This document shows, piece by piece, positions 29,772-39,221 of a stretch of DNA of 64,000 nucleotides; position 1 is the first letter of the stretch, and each line of letters starts with the position of its first letter. Made by a program: the position numbers and the translations under genes. The stretch is taken from positions 36,091 to 100,090 of the forward strand of contig JAHWJX010000001.1 in the NCBI GenBank assembly GCA_019348195.1. Direction: 5' to 3'. The notes beneath the pieces are model-generated. The model was not told where the DNA came from, searched no databases, and saw nothing but the letters and a program-made list of their open reading frames with translations. This DNA is from Pseudomonadota bacterium (GTDB lineage: Bacteria > Pseudomonadota > Alphaproteobacteria > Caulobacterales > Caulobacteraceae).

Positions 29772-29938
29772 CGGGTTACCTTAGCCTCGGGCGACGGTCT
29801 CCGTCATGCGACGGTTGCGCCTGTCAACAGGTTCCGCCGGTCCCTGTATGTTCCGTCGGACCGGACCGACGGATCAGGCGTATGCCGATGGGGGGCGGCG
29901 CGGCGGAGGCGCTGTCTTGAGCAGTGTGGGGGCGGGCT

Positions 29939-30010
29939 GGCGCCCCAGGACGCCGCGCCGTCGGAAAGGAGACCTTCGTCGTCCTCCGGCGAGCAGACTC
30001 CTGGGGCGCC
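29939..30010 (-). other. 72-nt structured element: perfect 12-bp inverted repeat enclosing smaller stems, directly after the rplI stop
   Basis: ggcgccccagga (29939-29950) pairs with tcctggggcgcc (29999-30010). Inner stems include gacg-ccgcgc-cgtc, and ggagg..tctcc on the minus strand. No U tract. Confidence 0.5.
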
Positions 30011-30016
30011 GCTCCG

Positions 30017-30610
30017 TCAGGCGAAACCGCCGGCGCGGTCGTCGGCGATGGCCTGGCCGGCGCCGCCTTCGAAGAGGTCGCGGGCCTGGGCTTCGGCGTC
30101 CAGGCGCTCCTGGTCGAAGGCTGAGGCGATCACGTTCTCGCCGCGGGCCTGGCGTTCGGCCTCGTCCACGGAGCGGGCGATGTTAACCGACACGGTCACC
30201 GTGACCTCCGGGTGCAGGCGCACCTTCACCGTGTGCACGCCCAGGGTCTTGATGGGCGTCTCCAGCACGACCTGGTTGCGCTCCACCCGGTCGCCTTGGG
30301 CCTGGGCGACGTCGGAGACGTCGCGGGCGGAGACGGAGCCGTACAGCTGGCCGCTTTCGCCCGCCTGGCGGATCAAGACATAGGTGGAGCCGTCCAGCCG
30401 CTGGCCACGGCGCTCGGCTTCGGCGCGGTTCTCGGCGTTGCGCGCCTCGATCTGGGCGCGTTGGGCTTCAAACACGGCCTGATTGGCCGAGGTGGCGCGC
30501 AGCGCCTTCTGACGCGGCAGGAGGAAGTTGCGCGCGAAGCCGTCCTTGACGGTGACGACGTCGCCGATGGCGCCGAGCTTTTCGACGCGCTCGAGGAGGA
30601 TGAGCTTCAT
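30017..30610 (-). CDS. rplI: 50S ribosomal protein L9
   Basis: [32 protein letters not shown]. Confidence 0.96.
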   Translation of the reverse strand: MKLILLERVEKLGAIGDVVTVKDGFARNFLLPRQKALRATSANQAVFEAQRAQIEARNAENRAEAERRGQRLDGSTYVLIRQAGESGQLYGSVSARDVSDVAQAQGDRVERNQVVLETPIKTLGVHTVKVRLHPEVTVTVSVNIARSVDEAERQARGENVIASAFDQERLDAEAQARDLFEGGAGQAIADDRAGGFA

Positions 30611-30611
30611 C

Positions 30612-30884
30612 TTACTTCACCACATAGGGGAGCAACGCCAGGAAGCGGGCGCGCTTGATGGCCTGGGCCAGCTTGCGCTGGTTCTTCTGGCTGACGGCGG
30701 TGATGCGCGAAGGCACGATCTTGCCGCGCTCCGAGATGTAGCGCTGCAGGAGCTTGACGTCCTTGTAGTCGATCTTGGGCGCATTGGCGCCCGCGAACGG
30801 ATCGGTCTTGCGGCGACGGAAGAAGGGGCGACGGGCGCCGGCGTCGCCGCCGGCCGGGGCGGCTGTTTCGGGGGTGTCGGTCAT
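30612..30884 (-). CDS. rpsR: 30S ribosomal protein S18
   Basis: [50 protein letters not shown]. Confidence 0.96.
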   Translation of the reverse strand: MTDTPETAAPAGGDAGARRPFFRRRKTDPFAGANAPKIDYKDVKLLQRYISERGKIVPSRITAVSQKNQRKLAQAIKRARFLALLPYVVK

Positions 30885-30896
30885 GAGGGCGGTTCC

Positions 30897-31295
30897 TTAC
30901 AGGCCGAGTTCTTCAAACCCGCCGCGAGGGCTGGTCTGGGGTCCGCGCTCACGCTCGCGCTCGCGCTCGCGCTCGCGGCGGGCCAGGACGGGAGACAGCT
31001 CGAGGTCGAGCTCTTCGACGCGCATGGTGAGATAGCGCAGCACGTCCTCGTTCAGGGACAGCTGGCGCTCCATCTCCTTGACCACGTCCGCCGGGGCGTC
31101 GATGGCCAGCAAGGAGTAGTGGCCCTTGCGGTTCTTCTTGATGCGGTAGGTGAGGTTGCGCAGGCCCCAGTACTCGATCTTGGCGACGGAGCCGCCGCCT
31201 TCGGTGATCAGGGTCTGGAGCTGGTCGTTGAGCGCTTCGGCCTGTTGCGGCGAGATGTCCTGCCGCGAGATGACGACGTGTTCGTAAAGGGGCAT
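30897..31295 (-). CDS. rpsF: 30S ribosomal protein S6
   Basis: [40 protein letters not shown]. The ORF-track extension to 31454 is rejected. The C-terminal tail contains [12 protein letters not shown]. Confidence 0.94.
   Translation of the reverse strand: MPLYEHVVISRQDISPQQAEALNDQLQTLITEGGGSVAKIEYWGLRNLTYRIKKNRKGHYSLLAIDAPADVVKEMERQLSLNEDVLRYLTMRVEELDLELSPVLARRERERERERERGPQTSPRGGFEELGL
30945..30977 (-). repeat. hexanucleotide microsatellite, about 5.5 units of GCGCTC (one unit ACGCTC)
   Basis: Read directly. On the minus strand it encodes the (Glu-Arg)n tail of S6. Confidence 0.9.
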
Positions 31296-31594
31296 GAAGG
31301 TCCTCTTCCGTGGCGGAAGGCGGCGCGCGGTCAGGCGGAAGTCCGGACCGAACGATGGATCTGCGCGCGAAGAGGCCGAGGTGAGCCGGCGAAGGTGCGC
31401 GAGACCGCCTTCCAGGGAGGGCGGGCAGTTACGGCAGAAGTGCTTGGAAAGCAAGGCGCGGACGGAGGTCGGCTATGCCGAGACGGCTGAATGGGCTCGT
31501 GCTCCTGGCCGGACTGGCCGGAGTCTGAAGCTTGCGTGTTGCTGCTTCTCTGAACAGCCCCTAACCCTTTGAGCTCCCGTCACCAGGAGCCAGC

Positions 31595-32536
31595 ATGAGC
31601 CTCGCCTTCATCTTCCCCGGACAGGGCAGCCAAGCGGTCGGCATGGGGGCGGAACTGGCCAAGGCGTTCCCAAGCGCGCGCGCGGTCTGGCAGGAGGTCG
31701 ACGAGGCCGTGGGGCGCAACCTGTTCCGGCTGATGTGCGACGGTCCGGAGGACCAGCTCACCCTGACGGAGAACGCCCAGCCGGCGCTGATGGCGGCCAG
31801 CATGGCCGTGGTGCGGGTGCTGGCCGATGACTTCTCCATCGGGGTGGAAGGCGCGGCCTTTGTGGCGGGTCATTCCCTGGGCGAATATTCGGCCCTGGCC
31901 GCGGCGGGGTCGCTGTCGCTGAGGGATACGGCGCGACTGCTCAAGCTGCGCGGCCAGGCCATGCAGCGGGCCGTACCGGTGGGGCAGGGGGCCATGGCCT
32001 CGCTGATCGGCCCCAAGGCGGACGTGGCGCTGGCCGAGCAGGCGGCGGCGGCGGGTTCGGAGGTGGGCGTCTGCGCCGTCGCCAACGACAACAACCCAGG
32101 CAATATCGTCATCTCCGGCGATCGGGCCGCCGTTGATCGGGCCATCGAGGCGGCCAAGGCCCTGGGCGCGCGCGCCATCCTGTTGAACGTTTCGGCGCCG
32201 TTCCACTGTTCCTTGATGCAGCCGGCCGCGGACGAGATGGCGGCCGCCCTGGCCGGCGCGGCCATCTCCGAGCCGGTCGCGGCGGTGGTGGCCAACGTCA
32301 CGGCCTGCCCCGTGCGCAACGTCGACTCGATCCGGAGCCAGTTGGTGGAGCAAGTCACAGGGCGGGTGCGCTGGCGCGAGAGCGTGCAGTTCATGGCGGC
32401 TGCGGGCGTGACGCGCTTCGTCGAGGTGGGCGCGGGCAAGGTGCTGACCGGCATGGTCAAGCGGATCGCGCCGGAAGCCGAAGGGGCGGCGCTGAACACG
32501 GTGGCCGAGCTGGAAGCTTTCGCGCGCTCGATCTGA
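31595..32536 (+). CDS. fabD: ACP S-malonyltransferase
   Basis: FPGQGSQ, GHSLGEYSALAAAG. Confidence 0.95.
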   Translation: MSLAFIFPGQGSQAVGMGAELAKAFPSARAVWQEVDEAVGRNLFRLMCDGPEDQLTLTENAQPALMAASMAVVRVLADDFSIGVEGAAFVAGHSLGEYSALAAAGSLSLRDTARLLKLRGQAMQRAVPVGQGAMASLIGPKADVALAEQAAAAGSEVGVCAVANDNNPGNIVISGDRAAVDRAIEAAKALGARAILLNVSAPFHCSLMQPAADEMAAALAGAAISEPVAAVVANVTACPVRNVDSIRSQLVEQVTGRVRWRESVQFMAAAGVTRFVEVGAGKVLTGMVKRIAPEAEGAALNTVAELEAFARSI

Positions 32537-33155
32537 TGCTTGCGAAGATCAGGCGGGCGCCCGCGGCCTTGGTCTGGGGCCTCAGCATCGTCGCAGCCTT
32601 CGCTTTGGTGGCGGCGGACTTGGATCAGCCTCTTACGGCAACGCAGCATTCGCGGGATTCGACGGCTTACGGCGTTTTCAAGGGGCGGGATCTTGAGGTC
32701 GTCGAAAGCTGGCGGCTGTTGGCCTCACAATGGCTTCACGTGAAGCCGAAACATATGCTGTTCAACGCGGTCATCATCGCGCTGGTCGGCGGAGCTTTGG
32801 AGAGCAGACTGGGTGTTTGGCCTTTCCTGACGGTGGGCTTGATCGGGGGCGCTCTGGGCCAGCTCGCGGGCGCCTGGGCCTATCCTCACGCCTTCATATC
32901 CGGCGCCTCGCAGGCCTACCTGCCCTATGCGGTTTGGCGCTCCTTACGCTCCGCCCCCGGCAACGGGCTTGGTGGGTGGCGGTTATGGGCGTAGTCGTCG
33001 CCGTCGGGCTCGACCTGTTCGTGAGCAGCCATGCCGGCCTCAAAGCCGGCCACGTGGTCGGCTTCTTGACGGGAATCGCGGCAGGGCTGGCTCTCCGCTG
33101 GAGCCGTGCGGGCGGGTCGCCCGACGGCGCTCGGCTTTCCGCACGATTTCAGTGA
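32536..33155 (+). pseudogene. rhomboid-family intramembrane serine protease gene interrupted by one frameshift
   Basis: Frame 1 (32536..32994) carries WRLLASQWLHVKPKHMLFNAVIIALVGGALESRLG and the catalytic-Ser motif ISGASQA. Continuation ALCGLALL..SHAGLKAGHVVGFLTGIAAGLAL, with the catalytic-His helix, is in the 32730..33155 frame. The shift lies near 32918-32930. The ATG overlaps the fabD stop (TGATG). The gene ends 11 nt before fabG. Confidence 0.65.
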
Positions 33156-33166
33156 GACTGCACAGC

Positions 33167-33907
33167 ATGTTCCATCTTCAAGGCAAAACGGCGCTGGTCA
33201 CCGGCGCGACCGGGGGCATCGGCGGCGCGATCGCCCGTGCGCTGCACGCCCAGGGAGCCCATGTGGCGCTGTCCGGCACGCGCGAGCCGGTGCTGCGCGA
33301 ACTGGCCGACCAGCTTGGCGAGCGGACCAGCGTGGTGGCGGCGAACCTGTCGGACTCCGCGGCCGTTGACGGCTTGGTGGCGCAGGCGGAGGCGGCTGCC
33401 GGCGCGCCCGTCGACATCCTGGTGGCCAATGCGGGGATCACGCGCGACGGCTTGTTGCTGCGGATGAAGGATGAGGACTGGGAGCAGGTGCTCCGGGTGA
33501 ATCTGGAGAGCTATTTCCGGCTCTCGCGCGCGGCCGTGAAGGGCATGATGCGCCGCCGCTCGGGCCGCATCATCAACATCGGCTCGGTGGTGGGCTCCAC
33601 GGGCAATGCCGGGCAGGGCAACTACGCCGCCTCGAAGGCGGGGCTCATTGGCCTGACTAAGGCGCTCGCCGCGGAGGTGGCGGCCCGCAACGTCACCGTG
33701 AACTGCGTGGCGCCGGGCTTCATCGCCAGCCCCATGACGGACGCACTGAACGAGGCGCAGCAGGCGGCCATCCTGGGCCGCATCCCGGCGGGGCGGTTGG
33801 GAAGCGGCGAGGAGATCGCAGCCGCGGTGGTCTATCTGGCCAGCGACGAGGCGGCCTATGTCACCGGGCAGACCCTGCATGTGAACGGCGGCATGGCCAT
33901 GATCTGA
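33167..33907 (+). CDS. fabG: 3-oxoacyl-ACP reductase
   Basis: MFHLQGKTALVTGATGGIGGAIA, NYAASKAG. Confidence 0.95.
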   Translation: MFHLQGKTALVTGATGGIGGAIARALHAQGAHVALSGTREPVLRELADQLGERTSVVAANLSDSAAVDGLVAQAEAAAGAPVDILVANAGITRDGLLLRMKDEDWEQVLRVNLESYFRLSRAAVKGMMRRRSGRIINIGSVVGSTGNAGQGNYAASKAGLIGLTKALAAEVAARNVTVNCVAPGFIASPMTDALNEAQQAAILGRIPAGRLGSGEEIAAAVVYLASDEAAYVTGQTLHVNGGMAMI

Positions 33908-34021
33908 ACCTCCCCGTCAGAGCCAGGGGCCGTCCGGGGTTGACAGGGCGCGCTGGGGCGGGAGAAGGCGGGGTCCACCGAAACGGCGGCGCGCGGCGCC
34001 GGACAACAAAGAGAAGCAAAC

Positions 34022-34261
34022 ATGGCCGACACCCTGGAGCGCGTGCGCAAGATCGTCATCGAGCACCTGGACGCCGATCCCGAGAAGGTGACGGACAAGG
34101 CCAGCTTCATCGACGACCTGGGCGCCGACAGCCTCGACAACGTCGAACTGGTGATGGCCTTCGAAGAAGAGTTCGACATCGAGATCCCCGACGATGCGGC
34201 CGAAACCATCCAGACGGTGGGCGACGCGGTGACCTTTATCGACGGCAAGCTGAACGCCTGA
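34022..34261 (+). CDS. acpP: acyl carrier protein
   Basis: Phosphopantetheine site [20 protein letters not shown]. Confidence 0.97.
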   Translation: MADTLERVRKIVIEHLDADPEKVTDKASFIDDLGADSLDNVELVMAFEEEFDIEIPDDAAETIQTVGDAVTFIDGKLNA

Positions 34262-34287
34262 GCGTGTCCGCTCCCCACCGGGAGCTG

Positions 34288-34374
34288 TCCGCGAAGCGGA
34301 CCAGGGGGCTTCCGGAGAGAACGGGGCCCCCACCACCGTGCTTCGCACGGTTACCCCTCCCCCTGAGGGGGAGG
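34288..34374 (+). other. three consecutive stem-loops in the acpP-fabF spacer (attenuator/processing-site candidates; the last is REP-like)
   Basis: gtccgc-gaa-gcggac (34288-34302), ccgtgc-ttc-gcacgg (34336-34350), cctccccc-tga-gggggagg (34356-34374). All three stems are perfect. Confidence 0.5.
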
Positions 34375-34393
34375 AGACTGTAAGGATCATCCC

Positions 34394-35677
34394 ATGCGTC
34401 GCGTTGTCGTCACCGGCCTGGGCCTGCTCACTCCGCTCGGAAACGGCGTCGATGTGAGCTGGCGGCGGCTGCTCGAGGGCCGCTCGGGCGCCGGCCCGAT
34501 CACGGCGTTCGACGCATCGGAGATGGGCTGCCGCATCGCCTGCGAAGTGCCGCGCGTGGACGGCCGGGGCGGGGGCGGACCGGAGGTCGAAGGCGCGTTC
34601 GACCCTTCAACCGTCATGGCGCCCAAGGAGCTGCGCAAGGTCGACGACGTCATCCTGTACGCCGTCGCCGCCGCCGACGAGGCAGTTCGGGACTCGGGTT
34701 GGGTTCCCCAGACGGAGGAGGATCGCGAGCGCACGGGCGTGATCATCGGCTCGGGCATCGGCGGGCTGGGCACCATCGCGGCCACCACGCTGGAGCTCCA
34801 CGAAAAGGGCCCTAGGCGGGTCAGTCCCTTCTTTATCCCTTCGGCCCTGACCAACCTTACCGCCGGACAGGTCTCCATCCGCCACGGGTTCAAGGGACCG
34901 AACCATTCGGTGGTGACCGCCTGCGCCACCGGCACCCACGCCGTAGGCGACGCCTCGAGGCTGATCATGTTCGGCGACGCGGACGTCATGGTGGCTGGCG
35001 GTTCGGAAGCGGCGGTGGTCCCGCTTGGGATCGCCGGGTTCGTGGCCTGCCGAGCGCTCTCCACCGGCTACAACGACCAGCCGGAAAAGGCCTCCCGGCC
35101 CTACGACAAGGGACGTGACGGCTTTGTCATGGGCGAGGGCGCGGGCATGTTGGTGCTCGAGGAATACGAGCACGCCAAGGCGCGCGGGGCCAAGATCTAC
35201 GCCGAGGTGAAGGGCTACGGCCTGTCCGGGGACGCCTATCACATCACCGCGCCCACGCCGGACGGCAACGGCGGCTTCCGCGCCATGCAGTCGGCGCTCA
35301 GGCACGCGGGCATGGCGCCGGCGGACATCGACTACATAAACGCCCACGGCACCTCGACTCAGTTGGGCGACGAGCTGGAGCTGGGCGCCGTCGAGCGGCT
35401 GCTGGGCAATGCGGCGGGCAAGGCGTCCATGAGTTCGACCAAGTCCGCCATCGGGCACCTGCTGGGCGCGGCGGGGGCGGTTGAGGCGGCCTTCACTTGC
35501 CTGGCGATCCGTGACCAGGTCGCGCCGCCGACCATCAACCTCGACGATCCCTCGGTGGAGACCGCGATCGATCTGGTTCCGCACAAAGCCAAGCCGATGC
35601 AGATCAGGGCGGCGCTGTCCAACAGCTTCGGCTTCGGCGGCACCAACGCTTCCCTGGTCTTCGCGCAGGTCCAGTGA
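34394..35677 (+). CDS. fabF: beta-ketoacyl-ACP synthase II
   Basis: Active-site Cys in VVTACATG. HGTSTQLGD. GHLLGAAG. SNSFGFGGTNASLVF. Confidence 0.96.
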   Translation: MRRVVVTGLGLLTPLGNGVDVSWRRLLEGRSGAGPITAFDASEMGCRIACEVPRVDGRGGGGPEVEGAFDPSTVMAPKELRKVDDVILYAVAAADEAVRDSGWVPQTEEDRERTGVIIGSGIGGLGTIAATTLELHEKGPRRVSPFFIPSALTNLTAGQVSIRHGFKGPNHSVVTACATGTHAVGDASRLIMFGDADVMVAGGSEAAVVPLGIAGFVACRALSTGYNDQPEKASRPYDKGRDGFVMGEGAGMLVLEEYEHAKARGAKIYAEVKGYGLSGDAYHITAPTPDGNGGFRAMQSALRHAGMAPADIDYINAHGTSTQLGDELELGAVERLLGNAAGKASMSSTKSAIGHLLGAAGAVEAAFTCLAIRDQVAPPTINLDDPSVETAIDLVPHKAKPMQIRAALSNSFGFGGTNASLVFAQVQ

Positions 35678-36705
35678 GCGAGAGCTCCAAGAAGGGCCGG
35701 CGCGGCGCGGCCCGACTGGTCCTGGCGGTGGCGGTCGCCTTCGCCGTCCTGGCGGGGCTCTGGGCGGTCTACACCTACGCCGGGCCGGGGCCGCGGGCGG
35801 AGGAGGGCGAGGTCACCAGCGTGGTGCTCCGGCGAGGCGCCGGGTCCTCCGAGATCGCGGCGGCTCTCGACGAGGCGGGTGCGGTGCGTTCGGCCACCCT
35901 GTTCAAGATCGCCGCACGCCTGACCGGCGCCGCGCCCGAGCTGAAGGCCGGGGAATACGAATTCGCGAGCGGCGCTTCCATGGCTTCGGTGCTGGACAAG
36001 ATCCGGCGCGGCGAGGTGGTCCGCCACTTCGTGACCGTGCCGGAAGGTGTGACCTCCGCCCGGGTGGCCGCCATCTTGAGCGCCAACGACGTGCTCGAAG
36101 GCCCCGTGACCGCACCAAGGGAGGGCTCGGTCCTTCCTGAAACCTACGACATCCACCGGGGCGAGAAGCGCGCCGTGGTGCTGGAGCGCATGACGAAGGC
36201 CCAGGACCGCCTGCGCGCCGAGCTCTGGCCCAAGCGTCAGTCTGGTCTGCCCGTAGACAGCTGGGAGGAAGCGGTGACCCTGGCCTCCATCGTGGAGAAG
36301 GAGACGGCCGTGCCCAGCGAGCGCCCACGTGTGGCGGCGGTGTTCGTGAACCGTCTCCGGCGGGGAATGAAGCTGGAATCGGACCCGACCATCATCTACG
36401 GCCTGAGCGGCGGAGAACCCCTCCTGGACGCTCAGGGACGCCGTCGCGGTCTGCGCCGGTCGGAGCTGGAGCGGCCCAACCCCTATTCCACCTACCAGAT
36501 CGCGGGCCTGCCGCCGACGCCGATCGCCAACCCGGGACGGGAATCGATCGCCGCCGTGCTGAACCCGCCGGAGACCGAGGAGCTGTTCTTCGTCGCGGAC
36601 GGCACGGGTGGGCACGTGTTCGCCCGGACGTTCCAGGAGCATCTGGCCAACGTCGCCAAATGGCGGGCCGTCGAGCGCAGCCGCGCCCAGGCGAGCGCGG
36701 GCTGA
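35674..36705 (+). CDS. mltG: endolytic murein transglycosylase MltG (YceG family)
   Basis: N-terminal anchor then YceG motifs: FVTVPEGVTS, ASIVEKET, VFVNRLRRGMKLESDPTIIYG, YSTYQIAGLPPTPIANPG. Confidence 0.92.
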   Translation: MSESSKKGRRGAARLVLAVAVAFAVLAGLWAVYTYAGPGPRAEEGEVTSVVLRRGAGSSEIAAALDEAGAVRSATLFKIAARLTGAAPELKAGEYEFASGASMASVLDKIRRGEVVRHFVTVPEGVTSARVAAILSANDVLEGPVTAPREGSVLPETYDIHRGEKRAVVLERMTKAQDRLRAELWPKRQSGLPVDSWEEAVTLASIVEKETAVPSERPRVAAVFVNRLRRGMKLESDPTIIYGLSGGEPLLDAQGRRRGLRRSELERPNPYSTYQIAGLPPTPIANPGRESIAAVLNPPETEELFFVADGTGGHVFARTFQEHLANVAKWRAVERSRAQASAG

Positions 36706-37340
36706 TGGCCAGGACGCCCCGTCGCGGCCTCATGCTGATCGTCTCCAGTCCCTCGGGAGCGGGCAAGACCTCCCTTTGCCGTCGTCTGTTGGCGGACACC
36801 GCCGAGCTGCATCTGTCGACCTCGGCGACGACGCGGGGCCCTCGCCCAGGCGAGCAGGACGGACGCGAGTACCACTTCATCGACGACCGGAGCTTCCAGG
36901 CCATGGCCGAACGCGGCGAGTTCCTGGAACACGCCCTGGTGCACGATCACGCCTACGGCAGCCCCAAGGCGCCCGTCGAGGCCGCGCTCAGCGCGGGGCG
37001 CGACGTCCTGTTCGACATCGACTGGCAGGGCGCGCGGCGCCTGGCCGAGGCGGCTCCGGCCGACGCCGTTCGCGTGTTCGTTCTGCCGCCCTCGATCGAA
37101 GAGCTGCGCCGAAGACTCTATGCGCGCGCGCAGGACGAGGCGGCGGTGATCGAGCGGCGGGTGTCCCGCGCGCGCGACGAGATCGCCCACTGGGGCGAGT
37201 ACGACTATGTCTTCGTCAACGACGACTTCGACCGCAGCTACGCCGAGCTGGCCCACATCTACCGCGGCGAGCGCGCGCGCCGCGAGCGGAACACCTGGGT
37301 GACGGCCTTCGTCGACGGTCTCATGACCGAAGGCGGCTAG
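36705..37340 (+). CDS. gmk: guanylate kinase
   Basis: MARTPRRGLMLIVSSPSGAGKTS. The ATG shares one base with the mltG stop (TGATG). The alternative upstream start at 36660 would overlap mltG. Confidence 0.92.
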   Translation: MARTPRRGLMLIVSSPSGAGKTSLCRRLLADTAELHLSTSATTRGPRPGEQDGREYHFIDDRSFQAMAERGEFLEHALVHDHAYGSPKAPVEAALSAGRDVLFDIDWQGARRLAEAAPADAVRVFVLPPSIEELRRRLYARAQDEAAVIERRVSRARDEIAHWGEYDYVFVNDDFDRSYAELAHIYRGERARRERNTWVTAFVDGLMTEGG

Positions 37341-37341
37341 G

Positions 37342-38160
37342 TCAGAGCGCCGCCGCCAGGCGGAGGAAGCCGGCCACGTCGACCGTCTCCGCACGCACGG
37401 CGGGATCCACGCCCGCCGCACGGCAGAGATCCTCTCCGCCCAGAGGTTTGAGACTTGAGCGGAGCATCTTGCGACGCTGACCGAAGGCCGCGCCGGTGAC
37501 GCGTTCGAGACGGGCGAGATCGGCCGGCCCTGGGCGATCGGCGCGCGGGTCCAGGCGCACCACGGCCGAGTCGACGCGGGGTGGCGGGGTGAAAGCGCGC
37601 GCGGGCAGGGTCATGACGATCTCCGCCCGGCTGACAGCGCCCGCGATGACCGCCAGCCGCCCATAGGCCTCCGTACCCGGCTCGGCCGTGATCCGTTCGG
37701 CCACCTCCTGCTGAAACATGAGCGTTAGACTGGCCGGAGGATCCGGGCGAGTGAGCCATTTGATCAGCAAGGGGGTGCCCACATTGTAGGGCAGGTTGGC
37801 CACCACGCTCCAAGGCTCCGCCCCGGCCAGCGCGGCTTCGTCCACATCCAGGGCGTCGGCCTCCACCACGGTCAGGCGCCCTGCGCCCGCCTCGGCCAGC
37901 TCGTGCAGGAGCGGCAGGAAGCGGGGATCCTTTTCGACCGCGACCACCCGGGCCGCGTCGGTCTCCAGCAGGGCGCGGGTCAGGCCGCCGGGGCCCGGCC
38001 CCACCTCCAACACCGTCCGACCCGTCAGCGGGCCGGCCAGGCGGGCGATCTTGCGCGTGACGTTGAGGTCCAGCAGGAAATGCTGGCCGAAGCTCTTCTT
38101 GGCCGACAGTCCATGCGCATCCAGCGTCTCACGCAGGCTGGGAAGATCGTCCAGGTTCAA
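37342..38160 (-). CDS. rsmA: 16S rRNA (adenine1518/1519-N6)-dimethyltransferase
   Basis: [34 protein letters not shown]. Confidence 0.95.
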   Translation of the reverse strand: MNLDDLPSLRETLDAHGLSAKKSFGQHFLLDLNVTRKIARLAGPLTGRTVLEVGPGPGGLTRALLETDAARVVAVEKDPRFLPLLHELAEAGAGRLTVVEADALDVDEAALAGAEPWSVVANLPYNVGTPLLIKWLTRPDPPASLTLMFQQEVAERITAEPGTEAYGRLAVIAGAVSRAEIVMTLPARAFTPPPRVDSAVVRLDPRADRPGPADLARLERVTGAAFGQRRKMLRSSLKPLGGEDLCRAAGVDPAVRAETVDVAGFLRLAAAL

Positions 38161-39212
38161 GCGGCGGCGGCGCCCAGTCCCGAGACCGGCGCACGGGCGC
38201 GTCGCGTGGCGATGGCGTCCGCGGCGCGAATGGCCGCGATCAGGCTGTCGGCGCGGGCCAGGCCTCGGCCGGCGATCTCGAAGCCGGTGCCGTGATCGGG
38301 CGAGGTGCGCACCACGGGCAAGCCCAGGGTGACGTTAATGCCGCCCCAGAAATCGAGCGTCTTCACCGGGATCAGGGCTTGGTCGTGATAGAGGCAGATA
38401 ACCGCGTCATAGCTGCGACGCGCCTCCTCGTGAAACAGGGTGTCGGCCGGCCGGGCGGGGCCGCAGCGGATCCCGAGCGAGCTGAGTGCGGCGGCCGCGG
38501 GATTGATGATCTCGATCTCCTCCTCCCCAAGCGCCCCGTTTTCGCCGGCGTGGGGGTTCAGGGCCGCCAGGGCGATGCGGGGCTGGTCGACGCCGAAGTC
38601 GCGTTGCAGCGAGTCGTGCAGCACCCGCCCCACCCGCACGATCCTGTCGATGCCCAGACTGCGGGAAACGTCCTGCAGGGCGCAATGGCTGGTCACAAGG
38701 GCCGTGCGGAGCGGCACGGCGGGGGAGGGGGCGGCGAGCATCATCACGGGCCCACGCGGCCCCGCAAAAGCCTCGCCGGCCACCAAGTCGGCCAGAAACT
38801 CGGTGTGCCCCGCGAAAGGGAAGCCCGCGTCATAGAGCGGCTTCTTGGCGATAGGGGCGGTCACCACGCCGCGAACGGCTCCCGACAGCGCCAGACCCAC
38901 GGCCGTCTCGATCCACCGGATCACGCTGGCGGCGTAGGCGGGGGACGCCTGCCCGGCCACCACCGGCTTGTTGATGGGAACGTCGATCAGGGGGACCGCC
39001 TCGGCGAACACGGAGCCGGCCTCGAAGGGCGCTCCGACGCGCCGAACAACGGCCGCGCCGCCGGCTCCGGCCGAAGCCAGCGCCTGGTGGTCGCCGATGA
39101 CGATGAACTCAGGGCCGGTGGAGCGCAGGGCCGCCCACGCCTTCATCACGATCTCGGGGCCGACCCCGGCGGGGTCGCCCATGGTGATCGCGAGCGGCGC
39201 GGTTGGCCTCAC
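38157..39212 (-). CDS. pdxA: 4-hydroxythreonine-4-phosphate dehydrogenase
   Basis: [47 protein letters not shown]. Confidence 0.94.
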   Translation of the reverse strand: MRPTAPLAITMGDPAGVGPEIVMKAWAALRSTGPEFIVIGDHQALASAGAGGAAVVRRVGAPFEAGSVFAEAVPLIDVPINKPVVAGQASPAYAASVIRWIETAVGLALSGAVRGVVTAPIAKKPLYDAGFPFAGHTEFLADLVAGEAFAGPRGPVMMLAAPSPAVPLRTALVTSHCALQDVSRSLGIDRIVRVGRVLHDSLQRDFGVDQPRIALAALNPHAGENGALGEEEIEIINPAAAALSSLGIRCGPARPADTLFHEEARRSYDAVICLYHDQALIPVKTLDFWGGINVTLGLPVVRTSPDHGTGFEIAGRGLARADSLIAAIRAADAIATRRARAPVSGLGAAAA

Positions 39213-39221
39213 CCTGTCTCC

